Assembly (NCBI GenBank): GCA_963804165.1
Contig: CAWDPO010000008.1
Location: forward strand, 1-64,000
Origin: an uncultured delta proteobacterium
Lineage (GTDB): Bacteria; Desulfobacterota; Binatia; UBA9968
DNA: 64,000 bases
Direction of reading: 5' to 3'
Shown here: positions 60,940 to 64,000 of the stretch, one piece after another
Layout: every line of letters starts with the position of its first letter
Numbering within the stretch: the stretch's first letter is position 1
The notes under the pieces: model-generated
What the model saw: only the letters and a program-made list of their open reading frames with translations
Database searches by the model: none
What the model was told of the DNA's origin: nothing
Made by a program: the position numbers and the translations under genes

Positions 60940-61665
60940 ATGAATAAATTTCTCTTCCCCTACTTGATGTTCTGGAGCTTGGGCGTGCTGGCCTTCACTG
61001 CTGAGTGGTTCTTCCCCGAAAGGCGAGTTGCCTATCGATCCGTTTTTCTCCGAGATCTAGTCGCCCTCGGAGTGTACAGCCTTTCTTTCGCGCTCGTTGT
61101 GCAGTTTACCGACCGCGTTCCGATCCCGAATTACGCGCCGACGAATCTCGCGGGAATGCCAATCGCCTTCAAGTTAATTCTATTTTACATTGTTGAAGAT
61201 TTCGGCCTCTATTGGGTTCATCGCTTGATGCACACGAAATACCTATGGCGGACCCACAAATGGCACCACTATCCGACGTATATGTACTGGCTTGCCGGAA
61301 TCCGTACGTCCATCCCTCACATCATTCTATTCAATTTGACCTATGTGGCGGCAAAGCCCTTGTTGGTGGGAGTACCCGGATGGGTATTTCCGCTCATCGC
61401 TTTTGAGCACATCGGCCGAAACAACTGGATGCACCTGAACGTGTCCTGGAGATCGACGTGGTTGGAGTGGCTAATTGTCACGCCGCGATACCATCACATT
61501 CATCACAGCAACGACCCGGTGCATTATCGCTCCAACCTCGGGTCGTTGTTCACTGTGTGGGATCGACTCTTTGGAACGTATTTGGACCCGGATAAAGTAA
61601 AGCACGAATTTACCTTCGGCATCGGTGAAAGAGTACCCCCCCTGCGGCTGGTCCTGGGAGTATAG
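60940..61665 (+). CDS. Fatty acid hydroxylase/sterol desaturase family protein
   Basis: His boxes YWVHRLMH, HKWHH, WMH, YHHIHH; WDRLFGT. Confidence 0.9.
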   Translation: MNKFLFPYLMFWSLGVLAFTAEWFFPERRVAYRSVFLRDLVALGVYSLSFALVVQFTDRVPIPNYAPTNLAGMPIAFKLILFYIVEDFGLYWVHRLMHTKYLWRTHKWHHYPTYMYWLAGIRTSIPHIILFNLTYVAAKPLLVGVPGWVFPLIAFEHIGRNNWMHLNVSWRSTWLEWLIVTPRYHHIHHSNDPVHYRSNLGSLFTVWDRLFGTYLDPDKVKHEFTFGIGERVPPLRLVLGV

Positions 61666-61798
61666 GCGGGCAAAGACAGAAACAATTTTTAGCTCCCTAG
61701 GGATCGATTCTTCCTTGGATCGAATCGACCATCGAGAGCTTTGGACTGGCGCAGATCATCCTTGCTGTTTGACAGTTCGCGGAATGGAGAATTAGCGC

Positions 61799-62920
61799 AT
61801 GGCAAAAAACGGCTTCAAGATCTTGGACAGCGACATGCATATCATGGAGCCGCCGGATCTTTGGGAGCGCTACATCGATCAGAAATTTAAAGCGCGTGCG
61901 CCGCGCGGCGTCACCAGTAGTAACATACGTGATCTACGCATGGTCTATCCTGACGGCCGCGATTGGGCGCGCACCACGACGCGGCAAAACGATTCAGCGC
62001 GCGGGCATAACTTTGAAAGAAATCAGAACGTCTATCGCGCTGACGCGGCGCGCGGGTGGACACCGGAGGTTCAGCTCGAAGCCATGGATGTTGAAGGCAT
62101 CGATGTCGCTGTTCTCTATCCTACTCGGGGACTGCGTGCGTTAGTCGTACCGAACATGGAAGCTGATTTCGCCGCGGCGATCGCGCGCGCTTACAATGAT
62201 TGGCTTTATGATTTTTGCAAGAAGCAGCCGCTGCGTTTGATCGGCGCCGGCATGCTCTCACCGTATGATATGAATGATGCGGTTGTCGAGGCGCGGCGCT
62301 GCGCCGAAGAACTTGGTTTCCGCGCGGTTTTTCTGCGCGCGAATCCACTCGTGCAGCATCAGTGGCACACTCCTTACTATGAGCCGCTTTGGCAAGCGCT
62401 TGCGGATCTGAATCTCGCTTTGGGCTTTCATGAATCCACAGGCACCGGCAAGCAACAAATCGGTGAACGCCTCGAACCGAACCTTATGTTGCGCCGAGTT
62501 TATGCGCAGCCGATGGAGCAAATGTTGGCGCTCGGCAGCTTTTGCGCGGGCGGCGTGCTGGCGCGCCATCCGAATCTGCGGGTCGCGTTTCTGGAAGCGA
62601 ACTGCAGCTGGTTACCGTGGCTATTGTGGCGGTTGGACGAAGGCTGGGAACGGGAAGGTGATGTCTGGGCACCAGATGTAAAAATGGCGCCGAGCGAATA
62701 TTTCAAGCGCCAGTGCGTTGTCTCTGTGGAACCGGACGAAGTTACTATTGCCTATGTGATCGAATACACGGGCGGCAAAAATATTGTTTTTTCCACCGAC
62801 TACCCGCATGGCGATTCAAAGTATCCAAAAGCAGTCGACCACTTCCTCAACTTGCCGATCAGCGAAGCCAACAAGAAAAACATTCTCTGGGACAATTGCG
62901 CGACCTATTACGCGATGTGA
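61799..62920 (+). CDS. Amidohydrolase_2 family protein
   Basis: LDSDMHIMEP, AYNDW, PSEYFKRQ, FSTDYPH. Confidence 0.9.
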   Translation: MAKNGFKILDSDMHIMEPPDLWERYIDQKFKARAPRGVTSSNIRDLRMVYPDGRDWARTTTRQNDSARGHNFERNQNVYRADAARGWTPEVQLEAMDVEGIDVAVLYPTRGLRALVVPNMEADFAAAIARAYNDWLYDFCKKQPLRLIGAGMLSPYDMNDAVVEARRCAEELGFRAVFLRANPLVQHQWHTPYYEPLWQALADLNLALGFHESTGTGKQQIGERLEPNLMLRRVYAQPMEQMLALGSFCAGGVLARHPNLRVAFLEANCSWLPWLLWRLDEGWEREGDVWAPDVKMAPSEYFKRQCVVSVEPDEVTIAYVIEYTGGKNIVFSTDYPHGDSKYPKAVDHFLNLPISEANKKNILWDNCATYYAM

Positions 62921-62982
62921 TTTAATTTTGTCACTGTCCACCCGCTCCGGCATTTCGAAGCGGGAGCGGGTATATATTTGAT

Positions 62983-63093
62983 TCACCGCGAATAGTATCC
63001 ATTGGAATAATTGTGACGGTGGTGGCGTCCGTGACAACCCGACGCAATGAAGAGTCCGACCGTCAACAACGCCAAAAGTGCGATAGTTTTCAT
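62983..63093 (-). CDS. Small putative lipoprotein, His-rich
   Basis: GGAGG RBS; MKTIALLALLTVGLFIASGC lipobox, then HGRHHRH. Confidence 0.5.
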   Translation of the reverse strand: MKTIALLALLTVGLFIASGCHGRHHRHNYSNGYYSR

Positions 63094-63593
63094 AGTGCCT
63101 CCTTTCTGTAAGCGCTTTTCATACAATACAGTCCAAAGTGGATCTGCGAGTTGTGTTTCGTTCCACTCCACTTCTTAGACGTTGCTGGCAGTTGTTTGTA
63201 ACGGGCGAAAAAACTGAAAATGCTCAGCGAGTCCAAAACACGTCACCGGCCTGGGCCGCGAGCCATTTTCGCTAAAATCCGCGGCTGCTGCGAACCGATT
63301 GAAAACTTTTCAGAAGACGCTTCTCGCTGCAGACGGCGCGTAGGCCTAATAATCAGCGCAGGGTGCTACGAGTTCTTGTGGACGTGACTGTGCGTGCTGA
63401 CTCGATCCCGCAATGGGTCGGCCGACCCGGTGATGATCACATCGAGTTCACGATGCGTGTCACTCAACAAGGAAAAGGCACGACATCACTCGTGTGTCGC
63501 GCAGGTGACGTTTCATCTGCGCATGGATGGTTACTGGGGCTAGATTCGCATGGGTTGCTTTAGTCGGATTCGGAAGCTTAGCACAGAATAATC

Positions 63594-63866
63594 TTAGTCT
63601 TCACGACGATCCCGCCGTTGTCTATCATAACGCTGCTTGATTCGGTCGCGCTCGTCCTGTGGTAAACGCTGCCAGCGATTCCATTCACCGCGCAGGTGCT
63701 CTTTGTCTTGCGGGGGCAACCTCTGCCAACGCTGATAGTTTTCCCGGACTTTGTCTTTCTCCGTCGGCGTGAGATTGCGCCAATTGTCGTTTGCCGCCAT
63801 GACTCGCTGAGAACTCGCGAGCAATAGCAAACCAAACATCAATGCTAGGAAATTTCGCCTTTTCAT
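63594..63866 (-). CDS. DUF3106-like exported protein
   Basis: Signal peptide; repeated W-x-x-L-x-P-x-E/D-K/R units. Confidence 0.75.
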   Translation of the reverse strand: MKRRNFLALMFGLLLLASSQRVMAANDNWRNLTPTEKDKVRENYQRWQRLPPQDKEHLRGEWNRWQRLPQDERDRIKQRYDRQRRDRRED

Positions 63867-63896
63867 ATTACTGTCGATCTAACCGAGAATTAAAGC

Positions 63897-64000
63897 CTAG
63901 GCGACTGCATGTTCCAGCCGCACTCGACTCGTCTGGGTATTCGTCGAATCGGTGTCGAGGTCGTCCTGCTTCTCAAGTGTGCCGAGGGATTCGAGCAAGT
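63897..64000 (-). CDS. 3' end of an unidentified gene upstream of DUF3106
   Basis: Open frame LLESLGTLEKQDD...HAVA-TAG running off the window. Confidence 0.4.
   Translation of the reverse strand, partial: LLESLGTLEKQDDLDTDSTNTQTSRVRLEHAVA

Noticed and set aside
63363-63563. 66-aa ORF or ncRNA between the lipoprotein and DUF3106 genes
   Set aside because: No RBS, motif or convincing structure that I can support

Overview
Bacterial chromosomal window with moderately high GC. The gene repertoire (many stand-alone solute-binding proteins, Rieske oxygenases, amidohydrolases) resembles 'Candidatus Binatota'/deltaproteobacterial MAGs; this is an inference. 1-7.7 kb: minus-strand nuoA-B-C-D-H-I-J-K-L-M(partial) operon without nuoEFG. 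7.9-25 kb: solute-binding proteins, alpha/beta hydrolase, larC, MFS, ClpP-like protease, bioF-bioA-bioD, udgX, radA and an aromatic-catabolism module. 25.1-52.9 kb: a ~27.8-kb decayed genomic island in tRNA-Leu(CAA), with a 55-bp attL/attR direct repeat, a truncated tyrosine integrase and arm-like repeats. Its cargo includes a Tat-signal PCYCGC-family gene with an in-frame TGA in a UxxC position followed by a SECIS-like hairpin (candidate selenoprotein, missed by the ORF track). It also carries methyltransferases separated by a family of hairpin repeats, a solo integron attC cassette, a GT4/glucosidase pair, a LysR-linked Rieske/cupin/amidohydrolase cluster with four Rid domains, a Vsr remnant, a HEPN protein and a dual-specificity phosphatase. 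53-64 kb: a two-module NRPS (C-A-T-C-A-T-TE, predicted Lys/Arg then Gly) divergent from a fatty-acid hydroxylase, then an amidohydrolase and small exported proteins. Many single-base frameshifts, including in nuoC, nuoD and bioA, point to uncorrected sequencing indels.
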